From the IMG/VR virus record IMGVR_UViG_2548876947_000004: a stretch of DNA of 64,000 nucleotides. The stretch is one strand, 5' to 3'. The notes below the pieces were generated by a model that did no database searches, had not been told where the DNA came from, and was given only the letters and a program-made list of their open reading frames with translations. A program made the position numbers and the translations under genes. Of the stretch, positions 28,441-41,092 are shown piece after piece. How positions within the stretch are numbered: position 1 is the first letter of the stretch; each line of letters begins with the position of its first letter. The stretch is from a virus (lineage: Duplodnaviria > Heunggongvirae > Uroviricota > Caudoviricetes).

Positions 28441-28725
28441 ATGCAGATGGAGCTAATAAGCCGCAAGGAGTTCGATAGCCGTGTAACCAGCGGTGAACTC
28501 GACAACTTGCAGGCTATCAAGGTGAAAGAAGGCTTTTGCCTCATTGGGAATCAGAGCGGAACAAATCGCGTTTTTATGCTTCGCCGTACGGATTTGAAGC
28601 CATTTGTCTGGAAGAACGAAATTGGTCCCAGCTCATACGCTCAAACGAGGGGGTGCCACAACCTGGCCTTTTTCTACAAAGACGAGCTTTCTGTGGTTGA
28701 TATTCAAGGGTTACAACATGTTTAA
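28441..28725 (+). CDS. Hypothetical protein (94 aa from Met with GGAG SD)
   Basis: Start chosen at MQMELISRK preceded by GGAG; overlaps the rdgC-like start. Confidence 0.4.
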   Translation: MQMELISRKEFDSRVTSGELDNLQAIKVKEGFCLIGNQSGTNRVFMLRRTDLKPFVWKNEIGPSSYAQTRGCHNLAFFYKDELSVVDIQGLQHV

Positions 28726-29623
28726 GCACTGGAAAAACATTACTATTTATAAACTTTCTCGTGAGGCGGATCTGACCGACTTAGAAGATAAAAAGAAAAT
28801 GATCCTTTTCACGCCATGCGGTAGTCAGGATATGGCCAAGTTCGGTTTTGTATCGCCATTTGGTGATAATTCCGAAGTTATCGCTATGCATGGAAATGGT
28901 TTTATCCTTGTTGAAGCAAAGCGCGAAACAAAAATTCTTCCCCCGCCGGTTATCCAGCGAGCTATTCAAGAAAAAATTGAAAAACTTGAGCAAGAACAAG
29001 CGCGTAAACTGAAGAAAACAGAGAAGGACTCCCTGAAAGACGAAGTTCTGCATTCTCTTCTGCCACGGGCTTTTTCAAAGTTTTCTGTTATCCAGGCGAT
29101 CTACGACGGTTCAACTAAACGTATCTATATCAATGCCAGCGCGCGGCAGGCAGAGGATATGCTCGCGCTTATGCGTAAGTCTCTGGGTTCTCTTCCTGTT
29201 GTTCCCCTGAGTGTTGAAAATCCCATTGAATTAACGCTGACCGACTGGGTACGTGATGGTAGTGCTCCACAGGGATTTCAAATGGGGGATGCGGCAGAAC
29301 TTAAGGCAGTGCTTGAGGATGGCGGTATTGCCCGAGTGAAAAAGCAGGATTTGGGAAGCGATGAAATTTCCACACACCTGGAAGCTGGCAAGCTCGTCAC
29401 TAAGTTGGCACTCGACTGGCAGAACCGCATTAAATTTACACTGGACCATAACTTCAGCCTTACCAGCGTCAAATTTGCGGATGAATTGCTTGAGCAGAAC
29501 TCTGATATTGATAGTGAAGATGTAGCGCAGCGACTGGACGCAGATTTCTTCCTGTTGACCAGTGAAATTTCGTGCCTGGTTGATGCTCTGGTAAATGCCC
29601 TTGGTGGAGAGGCTAAGCAGTGA
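28718..29623 (+). CDS. hrdC: RdgC-like recombination-associated protein (301 aa)
   Basis: N-terminus [19 protein letters not shown]...[17 protein letters not shown] matches the RdgC family signature; start at internal ATG 28718 rather than the ORF-track start. Confidence 0.8.
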   Translation: MFKHWKNITIYKLSREADLTDLEDKKKMILFTPCGSQDMAKFGFVSPFGDNSEVIAMHGNGFILVEAKRETKILPPPVIQRAIQEKIEKLEQEQARKLKKTEKDSLKDEVLHSLLPRAFSKFSVIQAIYDGSTKRIYINASARQAEDMLALMRKSLGSLPVVPLSVENPIELTLTDWVRDGSAPQGFQMGDAAELKAVLEDGGIARVKKQDLGSDEISTHLEAGKLVTKLALDWQNRIKFTLDHNFSLTSVKFADELLEQNSDIDSEDVAQRLDADFFLLTSEISCLVDALVNALGGEAKQ

Positions 29624-32600
29624 AAGAGCTGTGCTATGGATCTGTTTGCAGTGGAATTGAAGCTGCGAGTATTGCTTGGGAACCTTTGGGTATGCGTCCG
29701 GCCTGGTTTGCTGAAATTGAGCCTTTTCCATCTGCCGTTCTTGCGCACCGTTGGCCTCATGTCGCCAATCTTGGCGACATGACAAAACTTGCCAAAAAAG
29801 TCCTGGCAGGGGAAATCGAATCCCCTGATGTGCTGGTGGGAGGGACACCATGTTTTGCCGCGGGCCATATGGTTCTTTGTAAAAATGGTTATAAACCAAT
29901 AGAAGATGTTTGCCCAGGCGATTACGTAGTCAGTCATCTCGGGCGGTTACAACAAGTAAAAAGAGTTGGTTCAAAAATAGCTAATACGGGGTTACTTAAT
30001 GCCGTTGGGCAGCCTTTAGGTATAAGAACAACCAATGACCATCCCTTCCTGGCGGTTCGGTGGAAAGCCCAAAACACCCGGAAAAATGGCACATATTTTA
30101 AGAGAGAGTTGTTGTCTGAACCGGAATGGCGAGCAGCATGTGATATGCCGGGATATCAATGGTGTGCTCTAACTAATTTCAATATTGCATCTCCAGATAT
30201 TTGTTCTCGGTTCTTGTCTGAAGAACAGGCTATGTATCTTGCGGGCGCTTATGTTGGCGATGGATATATTAGGAGATGGAGAGGTAAATCTAAGAAGGCG
30301 GTTGTTTTTGGCATAAATTGCCAGAAATTGAGAAAGTTTCATTGCCGCATACCAGAAAACATATTTTCCGTGGCAAGCGAAATCCGAGGGAGCATCAAAG
30401 TAACCTTGAATGATACGTGTTATGCCAATTGGCTTAATGAACATTTTGGCGAGTTAAGCCATGCTAAGCGTATCCCTGCATGGGTGATGTCGCATCCATT
30501 GCGTCATGTGTTTTTACAAGGCTATCTTGATACTGATGGGACACCAAGTGGTAAAGCGGGATTTAGAATTAATAGTGTTAGTCCTGCGCTTGCTTGGGGC
30601 GTTGCGGAGTTGTCACAGACTTGTGGTTATGTTTCTTCGGTCAGCTTTATTGAAGTTGAGCCCAAAAAAGTGATTGAGGATCGCGTGGTAAATCAACGGA
30701 ATTATTATCAGGTAACAATCTGCCCGCAGAAATTGTCACGTAAATCAAGATTGGCTCATGGAATGCTTTTACGAACAGTCAAAGAGTTTAAATCGGTAGG
30801 CCTAGATACTGTATACAACATAGAAGTCGAAGGTGATCATTCCTATATCCTCAATGGTGCGGTGGTCCATAACTGTCAGGCATTCAGTATCGCTGGATTA
30901 CGTGGTGGGCTTGATGATGAGCGTGGCGCGCTAACTTTAAAGTATGTGGAGCTTGCAAATGCAATTGACGACAAACGGGCTGAGTCATTTCTCAAACCAG
31001 CCGTTATCGTCTGGGAAAATGTCCCAGGAGTCTTGTCATCGGCAGATAACGCCTTCGGATGTTTCCTTGCCGGATTGGCTGGAGAAGATGCGCCATTCGA
31101 ACCAGGTGATCGACCTGAATCAGGAAAAAGTAACGCGTTCTGGCGGTGGGATGTCAAAACCGGTTGCCATGCTCCAAAGTGGCCGCAGTGTGGTTGTATT
31201 TATGGACCGCAGCGAAAAGTGGCCTGGAGAATCCTTGATGCCCAATACTTCGGAGTGGCACAACGACGCCGACGCGTGTTTGTTGTCGCAAGTGCTCGAA
31301 CAGACCTCGATCCCGCAACGGTACTTTTTGAGTTCGAAGGCGTGCGCCGGAATATTGCGCCGAGCCGAAAAAAGAAGGAAATCGCTTCCGCCATTATTGC
31401 AAATGGCGCTGCAATCAGTGGCGAAAGCCTAAATCCATGCCTACACGCTGACATGCCACCCGGTATGAAATCGACGAAAGCCGTAAACGCTTTCAGGATG
31501 GCAGCATTTGGGGAATATATTGACGATGAAACCGCATCGACAGTAAAGGCAAGAGATTTTAAAAATGCCACTGATCTTGCCGTTTTTAGCAGCACAGGAG
31601 CAGGTTTTTGGTCAGAAGGGCATGGTACATTGCGGGCACGTGAGCAAGAAAGCCATGAGCATCTTGTTACATTGGCTTTTCCTGAGCGTATAAGCGGTAC
31701 ACAACATGCTGCAACTAAGAATACTTCACCATCTCTAATGGCTAAAAATCCAACAGCTGTTTGCTATGAAGTAAGAAACGCAGAAGTAGCTGTCCGCCGT
31801 CTTACCCCTGTCGAATGTGAAAGGCTGCAAGGTTTTCCTGATGGGCATACGTTGATCCCTACGGAAAAGCGTAAAAAAGTTAATTCAGATGAACTGGCAT
31901 ATCTTCGCAATCACTATCCAGATTTAAGCGAAGAAGAGGCCGCGATGCTTGCAGCTGACGGACCGCGTTACAAAGCGATCGGCAATAGTATGGCGATACC
32001 AGTAATGTGCTGGATTGGCGATCGGATTACTAAGGCCGTATGCCGGCAGAAAGAAGGAAGTGAAACAAAAGAGCGAAAAGTTAAACCAGCGGCAGAATTC
32101 GAACGGTCCATATTCAAATGGGCTGGTGGAAAATTTGGTGTTCTGGAACAAATCTTTCGCTATTTGCCAGAAGGGAAGCGCCTGATTGAACCTTTCGTTG
32201 GTGGCGGAGCTGTCTTCATGAATGCCGGATACCAGGAAAATCTGCTAAATGATGTGAATGCTGACCTGATTAACTTTTACAAGACTCTGCAACGCGAGGC
32301 GCATTCACTTATCACTCTGGCACATCGTTTCTTCCTGGACTACAACACCCAGGAGGGATTCCTGGCAGTACGGAATGCGTTTAACAAACAAGTCTATGAT
32401 GATTTACATCGCGCAGCGGCGTTTTTGTTCCTGAACCGACATTGTTTTAATGGATTGACGCGCTACAACCAGGCCGGTGAGTTCAATGTCGGTTATGGGA
32501 AGTATAAAACTCCGTATTTCCCATTACAGGAGATGGAAGCCTTCCTCGGTGCGGAAGGGCGGTCTGAGTTTGTATGCGGTGATTTTGCAGCAGTGATTGA

Positions 32601-32907
32601 AGCTGCCGGAGAAGGAGATGTCATCTTTTGCGATCCGCCGTATGAACCGCTCCCCAATACAGAGGGGTTCACGAACTATTCCGGTCATGACTTTAAGTTT
32701 GAAGAGCAAAAACGCCTGGTGTCTCTGTTGACGGATGCTCATCGCCGAGGTGCAAAGGTACTCATTACTAACAGTGGCGCGCCAAACATCAGAGAGCTTT
32801 ATCAGGACAGTGGCTTCAGAGTGGAACCTCTCTTTGCCAGACGTTCTGTGTCTTGTAAGGGAGACACTCGTGGTGTTGCTCATGACGTTATGGCAATATT
32901 GCTCTAA
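29620..32907 (+). CDS. dmt: Bifunctional DNA methyltransferase (C5-cytosine domain followed by Dam-like N6-adenine domain), interrupted by an intein; 1095 codons
   Basis: C5-MTase motifs GGTP|CQAFS (IV, split by the intein), [20 protein letters not shown]; then Dam-like KWAGGKF...[10 protein letters not shown] and DPPY. GTG start overlaps the rdgC-like stop. Confidence 0.85.
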   Translation: MKELCYGSVCSGIEAASIAWEPLGMRPAWFAEIEPFPSAVLAHRWPHVANLGDMTKLAKKVLAGEIESPDVLVGGTPCFAAGHMVLCKNGYKPIEDVCPGDYVVSHLGRLQQVKRVGSKIANTGLLNAVGQPLGIRTTNDHPFLAVRWKAQNTRKNGTYFKRELLSEPEWRAACDMPGYQWCALTNFNIASPDICSRFLSEEQAMYLAGAYVGDGYIRRWRGKSKKAVVFGINCQKLRKFHCRIPENIFSVASEIRGSIKVTLNDTCYANWLNEHFGELSHAKRIPAWVMSHPLRHVFLQGYLDTDGTPSGKAGFRINSVSPALAWGVAELSQTCGYVSSVSFIEVEPKKVIEDRVVNQRNYYQVTICPQKLSRKSRLAHGMLLRTVKEFKSVGLDTVYNIEVEGDHSYILNGAVVHNCQAFSIAGLRGGLDDERGALTLKYVELANAIDDKRAESFLKPAVIVWENVPGVLSSADNAFGCFLAGLAGEDAPFEPGDRPESGKSNAFWRWDVKTGCHAPKWPQCGCIYGPQRKVAWRILDAQYFGVAQRRRRVFVVASARTDLDPATVLFEFEGVRRNIAPSRKKKEIASAIIANGAAISGESLNPCLHADMPPGMKSTKAVNAFRMAAFGEYIDDETASTVKARDFKNATDLAVFSSTGAGFWSEGHGTLRAREQESHEHLVTLAFPERISGTQHAATKNTSPSLMAKNPTAVCYEVRNAEVAVRRLTPVECERLQGFPDGHTLIPTEKRKKVNSDELAYLRNHYPDLSEEEAAMLAADGPRYKAIGNSMAIPVMCWIGDRITKAVCRQKEGSETKERKVKPAAEFERSIFKWAGGKFGVLEQIFRYLPEGKRLIEPFVGGGAVFMNAGYQENLLNDVNADLINFYKTLQREAHSLITLAHRFFLDYNTQEGFLAVRNAFNKQVYDDLHRAAAFLFLNRHCFNGLTRYNQAGEFNVGYGKYKTPYFPLQEMEAFLGAEGRSEFVCGDFAAVIEAAGEGDVIFCDPPYEPLPNTEGFTNYSGHDFKFEEQKRLVSLLTDAHRRGAKVLITNSGAPNIRELYQDSGFRVEPLFARRSVSCKGDTRGVAHDVMAILL
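29851..30873 (+). mobile_element. Intein with LAGLIDADG homing-endonuclease domain (341 codons) inside the methyltransferase gene
   Basis: Begins with Cys (CFAAGHMV...), has block-B-like TTNDHPF, two LAGLIDADG-type motifs ([21 protein letters not shown]), ends ...[20 protein letters not shown] followed by Cys+1; removal restores GGTP-CQAFS. Confidence 0.8.
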
Positions 32908-32924
32908 TAAATTTATTAGTGTAA
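32898..32924. promoter_or_regulatory. Bipartite C1 operator (two overlapping sites in opposite orientation)
   Basis: ATTGCTCTAATAAATTT (perfect 17/17) overlapping the reverse complement of ATTACACTAATAAATTT; immediately after the methyltransferase stop. Confidence 0.7.
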
Positions 32925-33582
32925 TATCGCCTCAATGAATCGTGATTTATAGAGCGATTTAGCTGTTAGCCGCGACAGGCGCGGCGGCAAGTATGGCGGG
33001 GTAGTGACTCCTTCCCCCTCATGACGCCGAGTTGCCAGGTTGACCATACGCCTAAGTGGCAACACCGAAGTGCGTTACGAGCTTCCAGTTTGCCCATCTT
33101 CGGGTGGGCGTTTTTTTCAGGGTTTTCGTCATGGTTAGCGACTTTGCGGCGGTTTAGAAACTGACCATTAAAGTAAATGCAAACGATGATCTGATGATGG
33201 TAGCGGCCTAAGAAGCCAGATGCCACGGGGTATGAGTCGTCACCCGTCAAAAAATCGACCGCAGAGTGTCCCCGTCTGTGTATTAGGGAACGGGGAGGCA
33301 CAACAGGTAAGGGCGCTGGTGTGATTAACCAGATGAACGAGAAGGGGCCATCTGTTGGTCAGCGTCCTTTCCTGTTGCGTCTTCTTTTCAGCGTAACAGC
33401 GGTGCTTAACAGCACTTTGGGTACAGTTCCACGAATTTACGGGTATATCCCGTCATGCTGAAGGCGCTAATCACGCTGGAAGCCAGGGTTATGCATCCCC
33501 TGTTACCGAATTGCAGTCAGGGCGCGGTGCGCCGAAAAGCATACGGAGGTGGAAGCCCTCGCCGGAGACGTACCCGGCAAGT

Positions 33583-33658
33583 GATGGTGTAGCTCAGTGG
33601 TTAGAGCGGTTGACTGTTAATCAACGGGTCGATGGTTCAAATCCATCCACCATCGCCA
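33583..33658 (+). tRNA. tRNA-Asn (anticodon GTT)
   Basis: Cloverleaf folds by hand: acceptor GATGGTG/CACCATC, D-arm GCTC-AGTGGTTA-GAGC, anticodon loop CTGTTAA, T-arm GATGG-TTCAAAT-CCATC, discriminator G, CCA encoded. Confidence 0.85.
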
Positions 33659-33660
33659 AT

Positions 33661-33736
33661 GCCGGTTTAGCTCAGTTGGTAGAGCGCCTGCCTTGTAAGC
33701 AGGATGTCAGCGGTTCGAGTCCGTTAACCGGCACCA
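33661..33736 (+). tRNA. tRNA-Thr (anticodon TGT)
   Basis: Acceptor GCCGGTT/AACCGGC, D-arm GCTC-AGTTGGTA-GAGC, anticodon stem CCTGC/GCAGG with loop CTTGTAA, T-loop TTCGAGT, CCA encoded; 2 nt after tRNA-Asn. Confidence 0.85.
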
Positions 33737-34471
33737 ACACAACAGGTAAGGGTATTTTGCGACGTCGGAGATCGCCGTGCTTGGCAGAGGGTTCGAATCC
33801 CTACGAAGTACCCTTACCGTTGTGATGAAGTGCAGCTCTTTGAAGCAACCAGAAGATAAGCATCTGGCTTCACAACATAAACCGCAGGAACGACCAATAA
33901 ACGGTAGTCCGTATGGAGAACACCCCGTTGAGGAAGAGGCCTGGCCGGAACCGTAACCGGCACTACAACGTTGAGAACACTGGCGTAACGGGGTCATATC
34001 CCAATCTACGAATAAATGTTGCGTTGCAGCGTGACAACCAGTGTTCTCAACATTGTGGTGAATGCACAGGCTGATGTGCCGCAACTACAGTAGCGCGCGC
34101 TTTGTGGGGCTTGCTACAACCCTGTGTCGGAGTTCAGCACCGACCATCACAGTTTGATTCTCTGGCATGAGCATAACGCTGAAATAAGTCCAGTCTGGTG
34201 CGGTCTGATCACCTGCCGTTAGCTCCACGAAACGGAGCACGTAACAGGTAAGAGCATTCTCCTGTAACGGGGTCATATCCCAATCTACAGGTCCACCAAG
34301 AATGCTCTTTCCGTTGCGGTGAATGCGGCTAAGCGCATGCGGGGAAATGGTTATATCTGTCCATTATTTCTCCTTGTTTCCCCGCCCACGGTGGATAACC
34401 AGCCAAAGGACACTGGGAGGCACCCGGCACCGCAATCTAATAAATATGTCACTTTTATTGAGGGATAACCA

Positions 34472-34906
34472 ATGTTCGGTAAATTGTTCGGCAAGAAAGT
34501 TGCTTCTGCAAAAGTAGAGCTGAAAAAAGTTGAGAATCGCGATCTGATGGAGGCCATTATCGGTGGCTGTTTGTTGGTGTCTGCCGCTGATGGTGAAATC
34601 GAAAAAGAAGAAACAGCGAAACTTGATCAGCTTGTCCGCTCTAATCCGCGTCTTAGTCATTTTGGTAACGAAATTACTGCAACAATTACCCGCTTTACCG
34701 AGCAACTGGAAGCTGGCTTCCGTGTTGGTCGCATGAATATCCTTCGCGAAATTGAAGATATCAAAAACGATCCAAAAGAAGCGGAAGAAGTATTCGTTAA
34801 CATGCTGACAATTGCAGAAGCGGACGGTGAAATCGAGCCAGCAGAACACAAAGTACTGGAAGAAGTAGGCCGTCGTTTAGGTCTTCGTGTGGAAGATTAT
34901 CTGTAA
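34472..34906 (+). CDS. tciA: TerB-like protein (144 aa)
   Basis: Two AADGEIEKEE / EADGEIEPAEHK repeats characteristic of TerB-family proteins. Confidence 0.65.
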   Translation: MFGKLFGKKVASAKVELKKVENRDLMEAIIGGCLLVSAADGEIEKEETAKLDQLVRSNPRLSHFGNEITATITRFTEQLEAGFRVGRMNILREIEDIKNDPKEAEEVFVNMLTIAEADGEIEPAEHKVLEEVGRRLGLRVEDYL

Positions 34907-35070
34907 TGGCAAGCAAGGCACGTATCGCAATCGCCATTGGTTTTCTCTTGCTGTCCGTGCTGGTGGATTTCACCAGCACAATCCTGTCAGTTTTATCGGA
35001 CGGGGCGTTGGTGGCAGTAGCTGTAACATTGGTATGGCCGATATTTAAAACAGCTTCGAAGGATCAGTGA
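34906..35070 (+). CDS. Small membrane protein (54 aa)
   Basis: ATG overlaps upstream stop (TAATG); two hydrophobic segments; not in the ORF track (<60 aa). Confidence 0.4.
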   Translation: MASKARIAIAIGFLLLSVLVDFTSTILSVLSDGALVAVAVTLVWPIFKTASKDQ

Positions 35071-35177
35071 TGGGCTTCTGGGATTTTGCTGACAAGTATC
35101 CAATTGTTCTCATTATTATTGTTGCCATAGTTGTAGGCGGCATTGTTAGCGCCATTGAAGCACTTAGTAAACAGTAA
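35070..35177 (+). CDS. Small membrane protein (35 aa)
   Basis: ATG overlaps upstream stop (TGATG); single hydrophobic helix. Confidence 0.35.
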   Translation: MGFWDFADKYPIVLIIIVAIVVGGIVSAIEALSKQ

Positions 35178-35180
35178 TCC

Positions 35181-35256
35181 GGCCCCTTAGCTCAGTGGTT
35201 AGAGCTGGCGACTCATAATCGCACGGTCACCGGTTCAAGTCCGGTAGGGGCCACCA
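35181..35256 (+). tRNA. tRNA-Ile2-like (anticodon CAT, lysidine type; could alternatively be read as Met)
   Basis: GGCCCCTTAGCTCAGTGGTTAGAGC...CTCATAA...GGTTCAAGTCC...AGGGGCCACCA closely resembles bacterial tRNA-Ile(CAU) as I recall it; one mismatch at the top of the anticodon stem. Confidence 0.75.
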
Positions 35257-35536
35257 TATTTGGTTGTAACACGGCGTCTGGCACATGCGTCGTTAGCGGT
35301 CTGGTGACGTTAAAGGGGTAACCTTTCCCCTAGCTCAGGCAACAAACCAGGTAGCCGGAATGTGCAAGCCCCGTTCATAGCGTCGGACTGCGGATTCACC
35401 ATCTTGGCGATTCGGTGTGACAGCCGGGAAGAGTCCGGCGAATTAATCCTGATTTTCTGGTGATGACTCATATCGTTAGGAGTGATTTGAGTATGCCGAT
35501 TATATCTGACATTCAGCACGCCTGGGTGGAGTGCTA

Positions 35537-36901
35537 ATGTCTGCATCCCCTCTTGAATCCATGCCAAATTCCCTTAGTGCAGAACAAGCTGTACTTGGTG
35601 GCTTAATGCTTGATAACTGCCGCTGGGATGAAGTGGCAGATCGTATAGTTGCTGATGATTTTTATACCAGTGCTCATCGTGAAATTTTCAGTGAGATGGA
35701 GAGGTTATTAAGTCATGGCAAACCGATTGATTTGATAACACTTGCTGAAGCACTTGAACAGAACGGTAAATTAGAACGCGCTGGTGGTTTTGCGTACCTT
35801 GCGGAGATGTCAAAGAACACGCCCAGCGCGGCAAATATCTGTGCTTATGCGGATATCGTTCGTGAACGCGCGGTTGTTCGTGAAATGATTTCCGTCGCAA
35901 ATGAAATAGCTGAAGCTGGATATGCGCAGGATGGCCGGGGCAGCAATGAATTGATGGATATGGCCGAGCGCCGCGTTTTTGAAATAGCTGAAAAACGACA
36001 AAAGAGCGGTAGTGGTCCAAAAGATATCGCCAGCATTCTCGATGCAACGGTATCTCGCATAGAAGAGTTGTTTCAGCGACCGCATGATGGTGTAACGGGG
36101 CTTGATACCGGATTTACCGATCTCAATAAGAAGACGGCAGGACTTCAGCCGTCCGATCTCATTATTGTCGCCGCCCGCCCATCGATGGGGAAGACCACGT
36201 TTGCGATGAATCTCGTCGAAAATGCCGCAGTTCGTAACGATAAGCCCGTATTGGTTTTTAGCCTTGAGATGCCGAGCCACCAGCTGATGATGCGCTCACT
36301 GGCTTCTCTTGCACGCGTTGATCAGACTCGTATTCGAACAGGGCAACTTAACGACGAGGATTGGGCGCGGGTTTCTGGCGCAATGGGGATTCTGTTGGAC
36401 AAGCAGAATATTTTTATTGATGACTCAAGCGCCCTGACACCTACAGAGCTTCGTTCCCGCGCTCGTCGTGTTTATAAAGAAAATGGTGGTTTGAGCATGA
36501 TTATGATCGACTACCTGCAACTTATGCGCGTCCCCGAGCTGCAAGATAACCGAACGCTGGAAATTGCCGAGATTTCTCGCTCACTGAAGGCGTTGGCGAA
36601 GGAATTACAAGTACCGGTGGTGGCATTGTCACAACTTAATCGATCGCTTGAACAGCGTGCGGACAAACGACCGGTAAATTCAGATTTACGTGAATCAGGA
36701 GCTATTGAGCAGGACGCAGACCTGATCATGTTTCTGTATCGCGACGAAGTTTATCACCCGGATAGCGAAATGAAGGGCATTGCCGAGGTAATTATCGGAA
36801 AGCAACGAAATGGCCCAATTGGCACGGTGAGATTGGCTTTTAACGGCCAATACTCACGGTTTGATAACTATGCCGGTGCTGACTGGCAAGAGGATTATTA
36901 A
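35537..36901 (+). CDS. ban: DnaB-family replicative helicase (454 aa from ATG 35537)
   Basis: DnaB N-terminal domain, Walker A ARPSMGKT, Walker B LIMIDYLQLM, RecA-like fold motifs throughout. Confidence 0.9.
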   Translation: MSASPLESMPNSLSAEQAVLGGLMLDNCRWDEVADRIVADDFYTSAHREIFSEMERLLSHGKPIDLITLAEALEQNGKLERAGGFAYLAEMSKNTPSAANICAYADIVRERAVVREMISVANEIAEAGYAQDGRGSNELMDMAERRVFEIAEKRQKSGSGPKDIASILDATVSRIEELFQRPHDGVTGLDTGFTDLNKKTAGLQPSDLIIVAARPSMGKTTFAMNLVENAAVRNDKPVLVFSLEMPSHQLMMRSLASLARVDQTRIRTGQLNDEDWARVSGAMGILLDKQNIFIDDSSALTPTELRSRARRVYKENGGLSMIMIDYLQLMRVPELQDNRTLEIAEISRSLKALAKELQVPVVALSQLNRSLEQRADKRPVNSDLRESGAIEQDADLIMFLYRDEVYHPDSEMKGIAEVIIGKQRNGPIGTVRLAFNGQYSRFDNYAGADWQEDY

Positions 36902-37899
36902 TGCAATGGAATGAGGAAAAGCCGATGAACATCCTGATCATTGGGCGAAAATTTGAAGCCATCAGTGATGTGAAAACATATACGGAAATGTGGGCTTATA
37001 ACCTGGCCTGCGCCTTTAGTGAGGCAGGGGTAACATTGCAATACCATCGTCCATATTCCCCCGGCGTCGAAAGCCCGGAGGATTATGTTGAAGCTGTGTT
37101 GACCGCTGCGACCTCGTGTTCTGCGAAAGCCATTTTAGCGCCAGGATTGCGGTATTTTACTACGGTGCCCAGGGAAATAGGCGTGCAACTGCGTCGTCGA
37201 TTCACTGGATGGGTAGCCCAGGTATACGACGGTTCTATGCTGGATTCGGCACCAGTCGATATTACTTTTACTGTCCGCGATGATACCTGGCGGTACCTGG
37301 ATAATCCAGGCAGGTTAGAGCGTCATAATCGCTTTAACAAACATGTTGGATGGGCAGCGAATCAGGATCTGTTCCATCTGGAAACCAAAACAGACGATGT
37401 TCTGCGTATTTTTGTAGACCACGCTGCATTTGATGTTAGTGGGTTTGATCACTCCTTAAGTATCCTTATGAACCTTCAGCGTCTGACCGTTCCGTATGAG
37501 GCCAGAACGTTGACCGATGACGGATTGATTACCATTGATCCGGGGAATATATCGGTAACCCCATACAGACGGACGCCGGTACCAGCAACCGAATTTGCAG
37601 CTGAATTGCGTAAGAGTGACGTGTTTATCGTTACGCATCCCGAAAGCCTTGGATTAACTGTACTTGAGGCGGCAATGTGCGGGGCGTTGGTATTAACGCC
37701 TCCCGATTGCCTTCCGCCAGATCGCCTGGCTTTGGTGAACCATATGGTTATCAAGTCGCGGATTGATTGGGATGAGGTTATTGCTCGCGTTGATCGCGTG
37801 AAAAATGCTGAAAAGGTCCAGTGTCACACCTGGTCGGCAATTGCGGAAAAGATGCTTGAGACGTTTATCACGCAGAAACCGTCGCGCGGTAACGGATAA
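36901..37899 (+). CDS. Hypothetical protein with glycosyltransferase-like C-terminal motif (332 aa; alternative start 36925)
   Basis: C-terminal ...THPESLGLTVLEAAMCGALVLTP... resembles the GT-B family-1 sugar-donor motif; tentative. Confidence 0.4.
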   Translation: MQWNEEKPMNILIIGRKFEAISDVKTYTEMWAYNLACAFSEAGVTLQYHRPYSPGVESPEDYVEAVLTAATSCSAKAILAPGLRYFTTVPREIGVQLRRRFTGWVAQVYDGSMLDSAPVDITFTVRDDTWRYLDNPGRLERHNRFNKHVGWAANQDLFHLETKTDDVLRIFVDHAAFDVSGFDHSLSILMNLQRLTVPYEARTLTDDGLITIDPGNISVTPYRRTPVPATEFAAELRKSDVFIVTHPESLGLTVLEAAMCGALVLTPPDCLPPDRLALVNHMVIKSRIDWDEVIARVDRVKNAEKVQCHTWSAIAEKMLETFITQKPSRGNG

Positions 37900-37921
37900 A
37901 AAATTGAACCCGTCATAACAG

Positions 37922-37945
37922 AAAAGCCCGAACGCCGGGCTTTTC
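37922..37945 (+). terminator. Intrinsic terminator
   Basis: aaagcccg-aacg-ccgggcttt hairpin followed by TTTT. Confidence 0.55.

Positions 37946-41092
<3,147 letters not shown>

Noticed and set aside
29231-29937. Two ~220-aa minus-strand ORFs
   Set aside because: Antisense to the well-supported rdgC-like gene and the 5' end of the methyltransferase gene.
33744-33817. Possible fourth tRNA gene (74 nt, T-loop-like GGTTCGAATCC)
   Set aside because: Has a 10-bp terminal stem and a T-loop-like hairpin, but I could not fold a canonical D-arm or anticodon arm; kept only as a tRNA-like element within the structured-element finding.
33511-34084. ORFs of 104 aa (plus) and 125 aa (minus) over the tRNA genes
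   Set aside because: They overlap tRNA-Asn and tRNA-Thr and give Cys-rich, low-plausibility products; the region is better explained as RNA genes and structured elements.
33296-34240. Recurring ACAGGTAAG motifs resembling eukaryotic 5' splice sites
   Set aside because: The resemblance is coincidental in a bacterial phage context; the motif forms part of the long stems described above.
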